Under the pieces are notes generated by a model. The model worked only from the letters and a program-made list of their open reading frames with translations. It was not told the DNA's origin and ran no database searches. 64,000 bases of DNA from Eledone cirrhosa. Lineage: Eukaryota. Numbering within the stretch: the stretch's first letter is position 1; every line of letters begins with the position of its first letter. The position numbers were made by a program, and so were the translations under genes. Positions 12,341 through 24,300 of the stretch are shown piece by piece. The stretch covers positions 24,242,001-24,306,000 of the forward strand of contig OZ024748.1 of the NCBI GenBank assembly GCA_964016885.1. The letters are read 5' to 3'.

Positions 12341-15300
12341 CTACAGGATGGTATACAGAGAAGGCCCATTTACACGAGCCATTCTCGCCACTATCACCCA
12401 CCTTTCATAAAACTGCCTGTGGCCAAGCACCTCTCTCTCCATTCTTATCTTTCTTCCGAAGTGATATCGGAAGAAGTAGACCAGACTATGGCCAGAGAGG
12501 AAGTTGCCTGACCTCAGACCTTTCAATCGTGTCCACCAAACAACCTCTTTCAACATGGCTATTACGCACAGAAAAACCGCCTTTGCTTCCTTTGTGAAGA
12601 GGGGAGTCGGTTTGATTGTCATCACTAACTCGGCGGTCAATTGAATCGGCGCCACCCGCGACAGCAGTCGTTCGGCGTAGCCCCACAGATCAGCCACGCC
12701 CGGACATTGCACCAATGCGTGCGCAACGGTTTCTTCGTGACGCACGCATCTAGGGCAAATCTATTTTGAGGGATCCCTGCCCGGGCGCCCGTGTCTGTAG
12801 AGCCTCTCTCGAACGGGTAGAGCCCCTCGGTAGCACTGCCAGGCCAGTGACTTCTGGAAGTTGTCCATTGGTTCTGGGCCGAAAGTCCTACCGAACAGGC
12901 TGGCCAGTTCGTCTTCTTCCATGTCCAGCGACTCTCCAAGGGTGTCATCGCCCCTGCTATCCACCAGCCCTCTATAGAATGATGAGGTGGATTCTCCACC
13001 GATGGCCTGGCCCGCTTGCCAGAGAGCCCTGAGCGCCTGAGCACACTCAGTGTGCCAGTCTCCCAGTTTTCCGGATCTTTGCTTGACCCAGGACTGTAGC
13101 TCGGTGAGCGAGACGAGTCTCGGAAAGGCTCGTTTCACGAACGGAGCCCACAGCGGTTGACCAGTGAGGAATACCTGTAGGTGCCGTAGCCTTAATGCAT
13201 GCCTACGCATCATCAACCACGGCATCCCCAGCCCTCCTTTCGAAGGTTGTTGGCAGCAGATGGATCTTCTCACCATAGGAGGGCGCTTCTTCCAAAGAAA
13301 TTGGAAGAGCATGCGTTCCATGGTGGTGAGTGTTTCCTTAGGGCAAGGCACGACAGTCAGGCGGTAGTAAGTGAGGGACGCTATGTAAATGTTCGCCACC
13401 TCCGCCCGGCCTTTTAGGGACAGCTTACACTTGGCCCATTTCTGGGTTAGTGCAAACACCTTGTTCGTAACCTCGTTCCAGTTCTTTTCCACCTGGAGGT
13501 CCGGTCCAAACCAGACCCCAAGCAACTTTACCGGGCCCCCCGTCCAGTGTCCGACGACACCGTCGGGAGGCATCGGTCTGCCTCTCCACGTTCCGAGTTG
13601 CAGCTCGATGGATTTTTCCCGGTTCAGTTTCGCTCCTGACAACCTTTCGTAATCCTCCAGTAAGATACCGATCGCCTCGATCTCCGAGTCGGTCGATACC
13701 ATTACTGTTACGTCATCGGCGTAGGCCGACACCGCTTTGCTCAATCCTGGTTCCAGGGGGATACCCTGCAACAACTCCAACTTCCTCAGTAAAGGCTCGA
13801 GAGTCAATACGTACAGAAGGGAGGAGAGAGGGCACCCCTGTCGAATGGATCGTGTGATTTCGAACGGCTTCGAAAGGTAGCCGTTCACCTTGATCCTAGA
13901 ACAGATGTGGTTGCTATGTAAGGCAGTGATCCAGCCTCTGAAAACAGGACCGAACCCAACCGCCGCTAGCACCGCATCCAGGTAACCATGGTCGACCCTA
14001 TCGAAGGCCTTAGACTGATCCAAGTTGATCAGGGCCCCACCGAAGCCGGGTTTGTTGCCAACCCTCTCTATGATGTATCGCATGAGGTGGAGGTTATCGT
14101 GAATGGACCTGGATGGGATAGCACATGTCTGTGCATCTCCCACCAGGCCACCCACGACAAGCGCCAACCTCTTTGCTAACACCTTGGCCAAAATCTTTAA
14201 CTCTGTGTTTAGCAGGGTTATGGGCCAAAAATTATTTATACTATCTCCCTTGTTCTCGTCCTTCCTCACCAGCGTGACTACGACCTTGGCTACAGAACAA
14301 GGAATTCTCCCGTTCTGCTGCCAATTGCAGTAGACCGCTTCGAGGAGTTCGGAGAAGAAGACCGGCATTGCTAAATAAAGTTCGTAACGTATACCATCGA
14401 GACCTGGAGATTTTCGTCTGCTGCATTGGCTCAGCGCATCTCCGATCTCATCAGCTGAGATTGGTCCCTCGCAGGACTCTGCCTCTTCGCTCGAGAGACG
14501 CGGCAAGCCGTCGAGGTATGGACCGAAATCCACGCCCCCGCCCGGACCCTCGCCTCCCCCGAACAATCGGGCAAAGTGCCTTTGAAAGGCCTCGCACATC
14601 TGCTTAGGCTCCCGGATCACCCGTCCATCTTCGTCTTGCAACGACCGGATGGTGGATCGATTTCCACTCTTAGCTTCTGTCACGCGGGCCCAGCCAACGG
14701 CTTTGGCCCCCTCATTACCTAGAGCACGTATTTTACTTCGAATGACGCAGCCTTCGTGCTTTGCATCGAAAGACTGGTTCAAGACCGTCCTCGATGCCAG
14801 CACTCTGGCCACATCTTCGCTCTTGATTGCCTCTTCTAATTTACCTGTTAATTCTTTCTCGTTTCTATTCCTATCGGCAGCTAACATCTTGCTATAACTT
14901 ATTGATTCTGTTCTAATCTCTCTTTTGAGAGATGCCCACCATCGGTTGTTGACGTTTGCACCCGTCAACCTCTCCTTAACTAATCTGCTAATCCGGTTTC
15001 TGTAAGTCTCTTTTGCCGGTAAAGACAAATTAAGTTTCCAGTAACCGGGAACCTGTTTATGTGTTTTCTCGAGATTGACTACGCAGGTCACTAATTTGTG
15101 ATCCGTGTAGCCAACCGTGCGCATTTCTGGACAGCTTAATATGTCCCTATCCTTACTTCTAACTAAGAATCTATCTAAGTACGATCTAGATTGACCACTG
15201 TGGTTTCTCCAAGTCCAGGTAGGCACAGTTGGAAAATCTAGTCGATATCTATCGATCAAGTTAAAACGGTCGAGTAACCCCTTGAGGCTGTTACACCCCC

Positions 15301-15778
15301 CTCTATTAGGACATGCTCCTGCATAGTCCCAACGTGCATCTAGGATGTCATTCCAATCCCCCGCTAGAAGCAGGGAACGCGACGTTCCCAGAAAAGTCTC
15401 CAAACGCTGGAAGAAGTCGGGCCGTTCAGCTCCGAAAGGGGAGTAGACGGCGACCAGTCTCAAGGCCGCACCTTCACTACTGCCAACGTCTAGCACCAAC
15501 AAACGACCCTCCGGGTCCGAGTGCACAACCTGTACGGCAAGACCCAGGTGTTTTTGCAGCAGTACGACAACCCCACCCCCACCTCCAGGTTGACAGAGAG
15601 ATGCATGCACCTCAAAGTCATCGAAGGTAGGGGCCAGCTGCCGCACGACGCTGATTCGAGTCTCACAGATAACCATTACATTTATACCACATGACCTGAG
15701 GTCATTTAGAAGCTTTGCTTGCTTCCAAGTTGAGCCCAGGCCACGTGCATTCAAACATCCTACTCTTAACACATCCAT
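12341..15778 (-). pseudogene. ORF2 EN-RT of copy B; 1005 aa open, then a single AAG>TAG stop (12761) just before the C-terminal zinc finger
   Basis: ORF track 12761..15778 and in-frame 12341..12745; EN and RT motifs intact (ICETR, GDWN, TDH, KAFDRV, RQGCPLS, YADD). Confidence 0.92.
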
Positions 15779-15811
15779 GTGGGCGGCAGAGCCAAAGGAG
15801 AGTGTAGAGAC

Positions 15812-16711
15812 CTACCTTTCCGCTTCCCGGGGTTCGGGTTGCACGACTTCCATGGGGTCGGGGGTGTTGGGTGAAGGGGTGTCTTGTGGTGGTGTAGGGT
15901 CGTCAGTGTGTGGTGGGGTAGGGGTGTTTGGAGTTGTTTTGGGGAGGGGAAGGGAAGGGGGAAAGCTTTTTAGTAGGACGCGGTTTATGGGTTTGACAGA
16001 GGGTGGTCCTACGTCCTCCTTAAAATCCTTTTTTAGTTTTTGGTAGAGGTTCATTGGGATCTTTATTAATTTTAAATGTAGGTAGTTTTCTGAAGAAACA
16101 AAGTTTACACCTTCGGTTTGTACCGAAGGATTATTGTATATGAGTTCATTTAATTTATTATTATTTCTGTTGATGTAAGTATAGTGTAATAGGTTTTTTT
16201 GAAGTGTTGTTGATGGTGCGGAACACGACCGTTCTACTTTCAATGTCTTTGGTGAGTTCTTGAGGCATTTTAACCGATAAAATACCATTCTCTCCTTCAC
16301 TTATGTATTGTTTGGCGTCTGTGATTCTTCGTGCCACATCTGAAATATTTTCGGGTATATATGTCAAAGATTTCTTTGTTTTTTGTGCAAATGAAATCTT
16401 GACTCTGTCGTCTGCTTTGCTTTCTGTTATGGTGTTATTTTCAAATGTTATTTTTGTGTTTGTTGTGTCTTTGTTTGTGGTGTTAGTATTGTCATGCAAT
16501 TTTTCAAATTTTTTTTTTTTCCGTTGTTGCAATCTATGTCCAGATTTGTGTTTTCGTCATTTTTCTCCGCAGATTCGTCTGTTTTTATTTTAATTTTTCC
16601 TTCCTTCTCTATGACGTTAGTTGGGAAGGAAGGGGGGGGGGACTAAAGCGTCCGAGCTTACAACTCTTACCGCTGTCCCCCCACCACTATTTTCGTTCGC
16701 TTCGTTTAACA
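15812..16711 (-). pseudogene. ORF1 remnant of copy B (internally deleted, frameshifted)
   Basis: Fragments MLNEANENSGGG.., ..SRTVVFRTINN.. and ..PEPREAER match copy A ORF1. Confidence 0.85.
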
Positions 16712-16965
16712 TTTCTGTCAGACGATTAAAATTTTTTTTTTTTTTTTTTTTGCCACAAAATTTTAAGAAAACAGGTTTTTCACCTCTAGGAGGGGTAAAG
16801 ATGAGCTGACCCACCGTCTGACAGTTCAGACGGGGGGTCGAGCTACACAATAGTATCAAAATTAAATTTGAACTCACAAAATTTCCGCAATAAATTTGAA
16901 CAAAACTTCTGCGCGAAGTGAATTACATCTACGCTGTAGAACTGACGACAGCTAGATTAATAGAT

Positions 16966-19900
16966 GTTTCTTTTATTTGCCACCAGGGCATCAAAAGTGG
17001 GACAAGTACAATGGGGGGAGTTTACACAAAAAGGTGTCCTCAATAAGGAGGAGGCAATAACAAAATATAAAAATAAAATAAAATATAACAAAAAATAATA
17101 TTTATAACAAAATCCTCAATAGAGAGGAGGCGCCTTGGGGGCTCGCACACACCCCCGAAAAAAGTGTGCAACCCTTTTCCTCAGGAGCACAGAGAGGGGG
17201 TGCTCCCTCGTAACTTCCTCTTTTCCACCTACAGGCTTATGTAAAGAGAAGGCCCATTCACACGGGCCATTCTCGCCACTTTCACCCACCTTTCATAAAA
17301 ACGACTGGGGTGGAGCACCTCTCTCTCCATCCTGATCCTTCTTCCGAAATGATATCGGAAGAAACGGACCAGTTGTTGGCCAGAGAGAAAGGTGCCTGAC
17401 CTCAGTCCTTTCAGACGCGTCCACCATACAACCTCTTTCGCCATGGCTATTACGCACAGAAACACCGCCTCTGCTTCATCTTTGAAGGGGGGAGGCGGCT
17501 TGATCATTACAATAGACTCGGTGGTCAACCGGATCGGTCCCACCCTTGACAGCAGTTGTTCGACATAGCCCCACAGATCGGCTACGCCCGAGCAGTGTAC
17601 CAATGCGTGTGCAACGGTTTCCTCGTCGCACACGCATCTGGGACAGATCTTTTTGGCGGGGTCCCTACCCGGGCGCCCGTGTCTGTAGAGCCTTTCTCGA
17701 ATGGGTAAAGCCCCTCGGTAGCACTGCCAGGCCAGGGACTTCTGGAAGTTGTCCATAGGTCCCGGGCTGAATGTCCTACCGAACAGGCTGGCCAGTTCGT
17801 CCTCCTCCATGTCTAGGGCTTCTCCGAGGGCGTCGTCGCACCTGCTGCGTACCAGCCCTCTATAGAATGTTGCGGTGGAGTCTCCACTGATAACCGGGTC
17901 CGCCTGCCAGAGGGCGGTGAGCGCCTGGGCACACTCAGTGTGCCAGGCGCCCAGTTTTCTCGGTCTTTTCTTGACCCAGGATTGCAGCTCGGTGAGTGAG
18001 ACGAGTCTGGGAAAGGTTCGTCTCACAAACAAGACCCACACCGGTTGACCGGTGAGGAATACGTAGAGGTGCCGTAGCCTTAATGCGTGTTTACGCATCA
18101 TTAGCCACGGCATCCCCAGCCCTCCTTTCGAAGGGTGTTGACGGCAGATGGATCTCCTCACCATAGGAGCCCGCCTCTTCCAAAGGAATTGGAAGAGCGC
18201 GCGCTCCATCTTGGTGAGGGTTTCCCTTGGGCAGGGCACTACGGTCAGGCGGTAGTAAATGACGGACGCTATGTAGGTGTTCGCCACCTCCGCCCGACCT
18301 TTCAGGGATAGTTTGCAACTGGCCCACTTCTGGGTCAGTGCAAACACCCTGTTCGTAACCTCCGCCCAGTTTTTCTCCACCTGGAGGTCCGGTTCGAACC
18401 AGACCCCGAGCAACTTCACCGGGCCCTCCGTCCAGCGTCCGACGACGCCATCGGAGGGCATCGGTCTGCCCCTCCACGTGCCGAGTTGCAAACCGATCGA
18501 CTTGTCCCGGTTCAGCTTAGCCCCTGTGAACCTTTCGTACTCCTCCAGTAAGGTGCCGACCGCCTCGATTTCGGAGGCCGTCGACACCATTACTGTCACG
18601 TCATCGGCGTAGGCCGACACCGCTTTCCGCAATCCCGGTTCCAAAGGGATGCCCTGCAACAACTCCAACTTCCGAAGTAGTGGCTCGAGAGTCAACACAT
18701 ACAGAAGGGAGGAGAGAGGGCACCCTTGTCGGATGGACCGCGCGATTTTGAACGGCTCCGAGAGGTAGCCGTTCACCTTGACCCTAGAGCAGATGCGGCT
18801 GCTGTGCATAGCAGTGATCCAGCCCCTGAAAACGGGTCCGAAGCCTGCCGCCGCTAGCACCGCATCCAGGTAAGCATGGTCGACCCTATCGAACGCCTTA
18901 GATTGATTCAAGTTGATCAGAGCCCCACCAAAGCCGGGTTCGTTCCCAACCCTCTCTATGATGTATCGCATGAGGTGGAGGTCGTCATGGATGGACCTGG
19001 ACGGGATGGCGCATGTCTGCGCATCTCCCACCAGGTTGCCCACGACAAGCGCCAACCTCTTTGCTAGCACCTTGGCCAAAATCTGTAACTCTGTATTTAG
19101 CAGAGTTATGGGCCTGAAGTTACTTATTTCGTCCCCCTTGTTCTCGTCCTTCCTCACTAGCGTGACTACGCCCTTGGTCACAATACAGGGAATTCTCCCG
19201 TTCTGTTGCCAGTTGCAGTAGACCGCATCGAGGAGATCGGGGAACAAGTCCGGCATAGCTAGATATAATTCGTAAGGAAGACCATCGAGACCCGGGGATT
19301 TGCGTTTGCTGCATTGGCTCAGCACGTCCTCTATCTCAGCGGCCGAAATCGGCTCCTCGCAGGACTTCGCCTCCCTGTCCGAGAGGCGCGGCAGGCCGTC
19401 GAGGTATGGACCGAAGTCCACGTTCCCAACCGGCTCCCCGCCCCTCCCGAACAGTCGGGCAAAGTGCCTTTGAAAGGCCTCACACATCTGCTTAGGCTCA
19501 AGAATCGCCCGTCCATCCAGGTCTCGCAAAGACCGGATGGTGGATTTAGTTCCACTGTTGGCCTCTGTCACGCGGGCCCAGCTAACAGCTTTGGTCCCCT
19601 CGTTCCCTAGAGCACGTATTTTACTTCGGACAACGCAGCCTTCGTGCTTCGCGTCGAAAAACTGGCTCAAAGCCGTTCTCGACGCTAGCACTCTGGCCAC
19701 GTCGCTGCTTCTAATTGCCTCTTCTACTCTATCTATTAGCTCCCTTTCCTTCCTATTCCTATCCGCAGCTAGAACCTTACAAAATTCTATCGAGACTACT
19801 CTAATCTCTCTCTTTAGAGATACCCACCACCTGCTGTTGACGATCGCTCCAGTCAACCGTTCCTTAACTAACGTACTAATCCGATCCCTGTAGGCTCTAC

Positions 19901-21341
19901 TTGCCGGCAAGGACAAGTTGAGCTTCCAGTAACCGGGGCCCTGTCTATGCGTTCTATCAAGGTTGACCATGCAGGTCACCAACTTGTGGTCTGAATAGCC
20001 AACCATGAGCATTTCTGGACAACTTAAAAAGTCCCTGTCCTTATTTCTAACTAAAAATCTATCTAGGTACGACCTAGATGATCCGCTGCGATTTGACCAA
20101 GACCAGGTTGGCACCGTCGGAAAATCTAGTCGAAATCTATCGGCCAGCTCAAATCGGCCGAGTAACCCCTTGAGGCTGTTGCACCCCTCTCTATCGGGAC
20201 ATGCCCCTGCATAGTCCCAACGTGCATCCATGATACCATTCCAATCCCCCACTAAAAGCAGGGAACGGGACGTCCCTAGAAAAGACTCCAGATGCTGGAA
20301 AAAGTCGGGCCGCTCTGTCCCAAAAGGGGCATATGCGGCTACCAGCCTAAAGGCTCCATCTTCACCACTGCCAAGGTCCAGCACCACCAGTCAACCCCCT
20401 GGGTCCAAGTGAACTATCTGTGTTGCAAGGCCCATATGTTTTTGCAGCAGCACGACAACCCCACCCCCACCTCCGGGCTGACAGAGAGATGCGTGCATCT
20501 CAAAGTCGTCAAAGGTGGGGGCTAGTTGCCGCATGCTGATGATCCGGGCCTCGCAGATAACCATCACATTTATAGATTGTGACCTGAGGTCATTTAGAAG
20601 CATTGCTTGCTTCCAAGATGAGCCCAGGCCACGCGCATTTAGACACCCTACTCTTAGCACAGCCATGTTGGTGGTAAGGAGAAAAGGCACTTACCTCTCT
20701 GCGTCCCGGGAAACGGCCCGCTCAATTTCCATGCTGGTTGGGGATGGGTTGTTGGGTGGGGTGGTCGTTTGTGGAAGTGAAGGGGCATCGGTGTGTTGTG
20801 GGGTTGGGTTGTTTGTGATTGAGTGGGTGTCTGGGTGGGGTGGGGGGTGAAATGTTTTAGGAGGACGCGGTTGATTGGTTTGGCGCAGGGGGGGCCCACG
20901 TCCTCCGTGAAATTTATTTTCAGTGTTTTGTACAAGTTCATTGGGACTTTTATCATTTTCAAATGAGGTAGTCCCACAGCAGTTATAAAGTTTGGCCCTT
21001 CAGTTTGGACCGAAGGGTTTGCTGAAATTGTTTTCCGTAATTCTTTGTTGTCTGTGTTCATGTATGTATATTGTAAGGTCTTTTTTTGTGTAGCAATTAG
21101 TGTTGTGTGACAGGGAGGGGTGGTTTGTGTGTAGTTTGTGTTCTCTTGGGGGGGGGGAGGTTAAAGTTAACATGTGTGTCTGTGGTGCGTCTCCTCTTCT
21201 TTCATTTTACTTGTTGGAAGGGATCTTTTTCGTCTTGCGACGAAAGGGGTTCGTCTTCCTTGTTGGGTGGGAGGGGTATGTTTTCTGGTAGTGTTTGCGG
21301 TGCGTGTGTTTTTGTATTTGTTTTGGGTGGGGAGGGATTGG
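16966..21341 (-). mobile_element. Tx1/L1-clade retrotransposon, copy C (second subfamily, 5'-truncated within ORF1)
   Basis: Divergent from A/B but colinear; 3' end fused to B's 5' end through only TAGAT; 5' truncation abuts (GATA)n 21342-21382. Confidence 0.93.
17229..20666 (-). pseudogene. ORF2 EN-RT of copy C, 1146 codons with one in-frame TGA (20391, likely CGA>TGA)
   Basis: ORFs 20391..20690 and 17229..20387 are in the same frame; motifs ICEAR, GDWN, SDH, RQGCPLS, YADD, CPRC..H..C. Confidence 0.92.
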
Positions 21342-21383
<42 letters not shown>

Positions 21384-21384
21384 C

Positions 21385-24300
21385 TTTCTATTTATTTCTA
21401 TTTATTTGCCACCAGGGCATCAAAGATTGGGACAAATACAAGAGGGAGAGTTTACATACATTTCAAGGGACGTGTAAAAATATATAACAAATCAAATTCA
21501 AAAATCGAAGTCCTCAATAGGGAGGGGCGTTGACGTGGGTCGCACCCCCCACCCCCGAAAAAAGGTGCAACCCTCCTCCTCAGGAGCACAAAGAGCGGGT
21601 GCTCCCTTCCTCTCCTCCTTCCTCTCCTCTCTCACCTACAGGCTGATATAGAGAGAAGGCCCATTCACTCGGACCATTCTCACCACTTTCACCCACCATT
21701 CATAAAACTTGCTGGGGTAGAGCACCTCTCTCTCTCCATTCTGATCCTTCTTCTAAAATGGTACTTGAAAAAAAGGACCAGTTGTTGGCCGGAGAGAAAA
21801 GTGTCTGACCTCAGCCCTTTCAACCTCGTCCACCATACAACCTCTTTCGTCATAACTATCACACAGAGGAAAACCTCCTCTCTTTCGTTTTTAAAGGGGG
21901 GAGGCGGTTTGATCGTGACAACGTACTCGGTGGTCAACCGGATTGGTCCCACTCGCGACAGTAGTCGTTCCACATAGCCCCACAGGTCAGCAACGCCCGG
22001 GCAGTGTACGAATGCGTGCGCGACGGTTTCCTCGTCACGCACGCATCTCGGGCAGATCTTCTTCGAGGGGTCCCTACCCTCGCGCCCGTGTCTGTAGAGC
22101 TTGTCCCGAACGGGTAGAACTCCCCGGTAGCACTGCCAAGCCAGGGACATTTGGAAGTTGTCTATCGGTCCCGGGCCAAACGTCCTTCCGAACAGACTGG
22201 CTAGCTCGTCTTCCTCCATGCCCAGAGCCTCTCCGAGAGCATCGTCGCACTTGATGCGCACCACCCTCTATAGAATGTTGAGGTTGAGTCTCCACTGATT
22301 GCCGGATCCGCTTGCCAGAGGGCCGTGAGCGCCTGGGCACATTCAATGTGCCAGTCGCCCACTTTTCTCGGTCTTTGCTTGACCCAGGATTGCAGCTCGG
22401 TGAGTGAGACAAGTCTCGGAAAGGCTCGCCTCACAAAAGGGGCCTCAACCGGCTGACCAGTGAAGAATACCTGGAGGTGCCATGGCCTTAATGCGTGTCT
22501 ACGCATCGTCAGCCACAGCATCCCCAGCCCTCCGTTCGAAGGGTGTTGACCCCTTACCAAAGGAGCCCGCTTCTTCCAAAGGAATCGGAAGAGCGTGCGC
22601 TCCATTTTGGCGAGCGTTTTCGCAGGGCAAGGCACGACGGTCAAGCGGTAGTAGATGACGGACGCTATATAAGTGTTCGCCACCTCCGCTCGACCTTTCA
22701 GGGATAGTTTGCACTCAGCCCGCTTCTGGGCGAGTGAAAACACCCTGCCCGTTACCTCATCCCAGTTTTTCTCCACCTTGAGGTCCGGTCTGAACCAGAC
22801 CCCGAGCAGCTTCACCGGTCCCTCCGTCCAGCGTCCGACGACGCCGTCGGAGGACATCGGTTTGCCTCTCCACTTTCCGAGTTGCAAACCGACGGACTTG
22901 TCCCGATTCAGCTTGGCTCCTGTAAACCTTTCGCATTCCTCCAGTAAGGTGCCGATCTGCCTGATTTGCGACGCGTACGACACCATTACTGTCACGTCAT
23001 CGGCGTAGGCCGACACCGCTTTCCGCAATCCCGGTTCCAAGAGGATTCCCTGCAACAGCTCCAACTTCCGCAGTAGTGGCTCGAGAGCCAGCACATACAG
23101 AAGGGAGGAGAATGGGCATCCCTGTCGGATGGATCGCGCGATTTGGAACGGCTCCGAGAGGTAGCTGTTCACCTTGACCTTCGAGCAGGTGTTGCTGCTG
23201 TGCATTACAGCAATCCAGCCCCTGAAAACGGGTCCGAAGTCTGCCGCCGCGAGCACCGCATCCAGGTACCGATGGTCGACTCTATCGAACGCCTTAGATT
23301 GATCCAAGTTGATCAGGGCCCCACCAAAGCCGGGTTCGTTCCCTACCCTCTCTACGATGTATCGCATCTCTGCGCTTCTCCCACCAGGTTCCCGACGACA
23401 AGCGCCAACCTCTTCCCTAACACCTTGGCCAAAATCTTTAACTCTGTGTTTAGCAGAGTTATGGGCCTGAAGTTATCTATGTCATCTCCCTTGTTCTCGT
23501 CCTTCCTCACCAGCATGACTACGCCCTTGGTCACAGAACTGGGAATTCTCCCGTTCTGTTGCCAGTTGCAGTAGACCGCCTCGAGGAGATCGGGGAACAA
23601 GTCCGGCATCGCTACATAAAGTTCGTATGGTAGACCATTGAGACCGGGAGATTTGCGTTTGCCGCATAGGCTCAGCACTTCCCCTATTTCAGCGGCTGAA
23701 ATCGGCCTTTCGCAGGACTTTGCCTCCCCGTCCGAGAGCTGCGGCAGACCGTCGGGGTATGGACCGAAATCCATGGCCTCACCCGGCCCGCCGCCCCTCC
23801 CGAACAGTCGTACAAAGCGCCGTTGAAAGGCCGCGCACATCCGCTCAGGTTCAAGGATCACGCGTCCATCCTGGTCCTTCAAAGACCGAATCGTGGACTT
23901 GTTTCCACTTTTTGCCTCTGTCACTCGGGCCCAGCTAACAGCTTTGGCTTCCTCGTTACCCAGAGCACGTATTTTACTCCTGACAACACAGCCCTCGTGC
24001 TTCGCGCCAAAGAACTGGTCTAGGGCCGTTCTTGACGCCAACACGCCGGCCACGTTTCCCCTCCTAATCGCCTTTTCTACTCTATCAATTCCCTTTCAGT
24101 TCTATTCCTATCTGATGCTAATTCCTGACTAAAACCTATCGATTCTATTCTAATTTCTCTCTTGAGAGAGCCCCACCACCTGCTGTAGACAATTGCCCCC
24201 GTCAACCGCTGCTTAACTAGATAATTAATCCGCTTACTGTAAGCTTTGTTTGTCGGTAAGGACAAGTTTAGCTTCCAGTAACCGGGTCCTTGTCTATGGG

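Larger units (their letters stand above)
12126..16965 (-). mobile_element. Tx1/L1-clade retrotransposon, copy B (same subfamily as A, ~1-kb deletion in ORF1)
   Basis: Near-identical to A throughout, same 5' end (..GCTAGATTAATAGAT on +); deletion junction at 16190/16191 removes the equivalent of A 10271-11271, including the zinc knuckle. Confidence 0.95.

Noticed and set aside
16185-16196. Copy B ORF1 deletion as a splicing product
   Set aside because: Boundaries are not GT-AG; A-rich similarity near both ends suggests a DNA-level deletion or template switch
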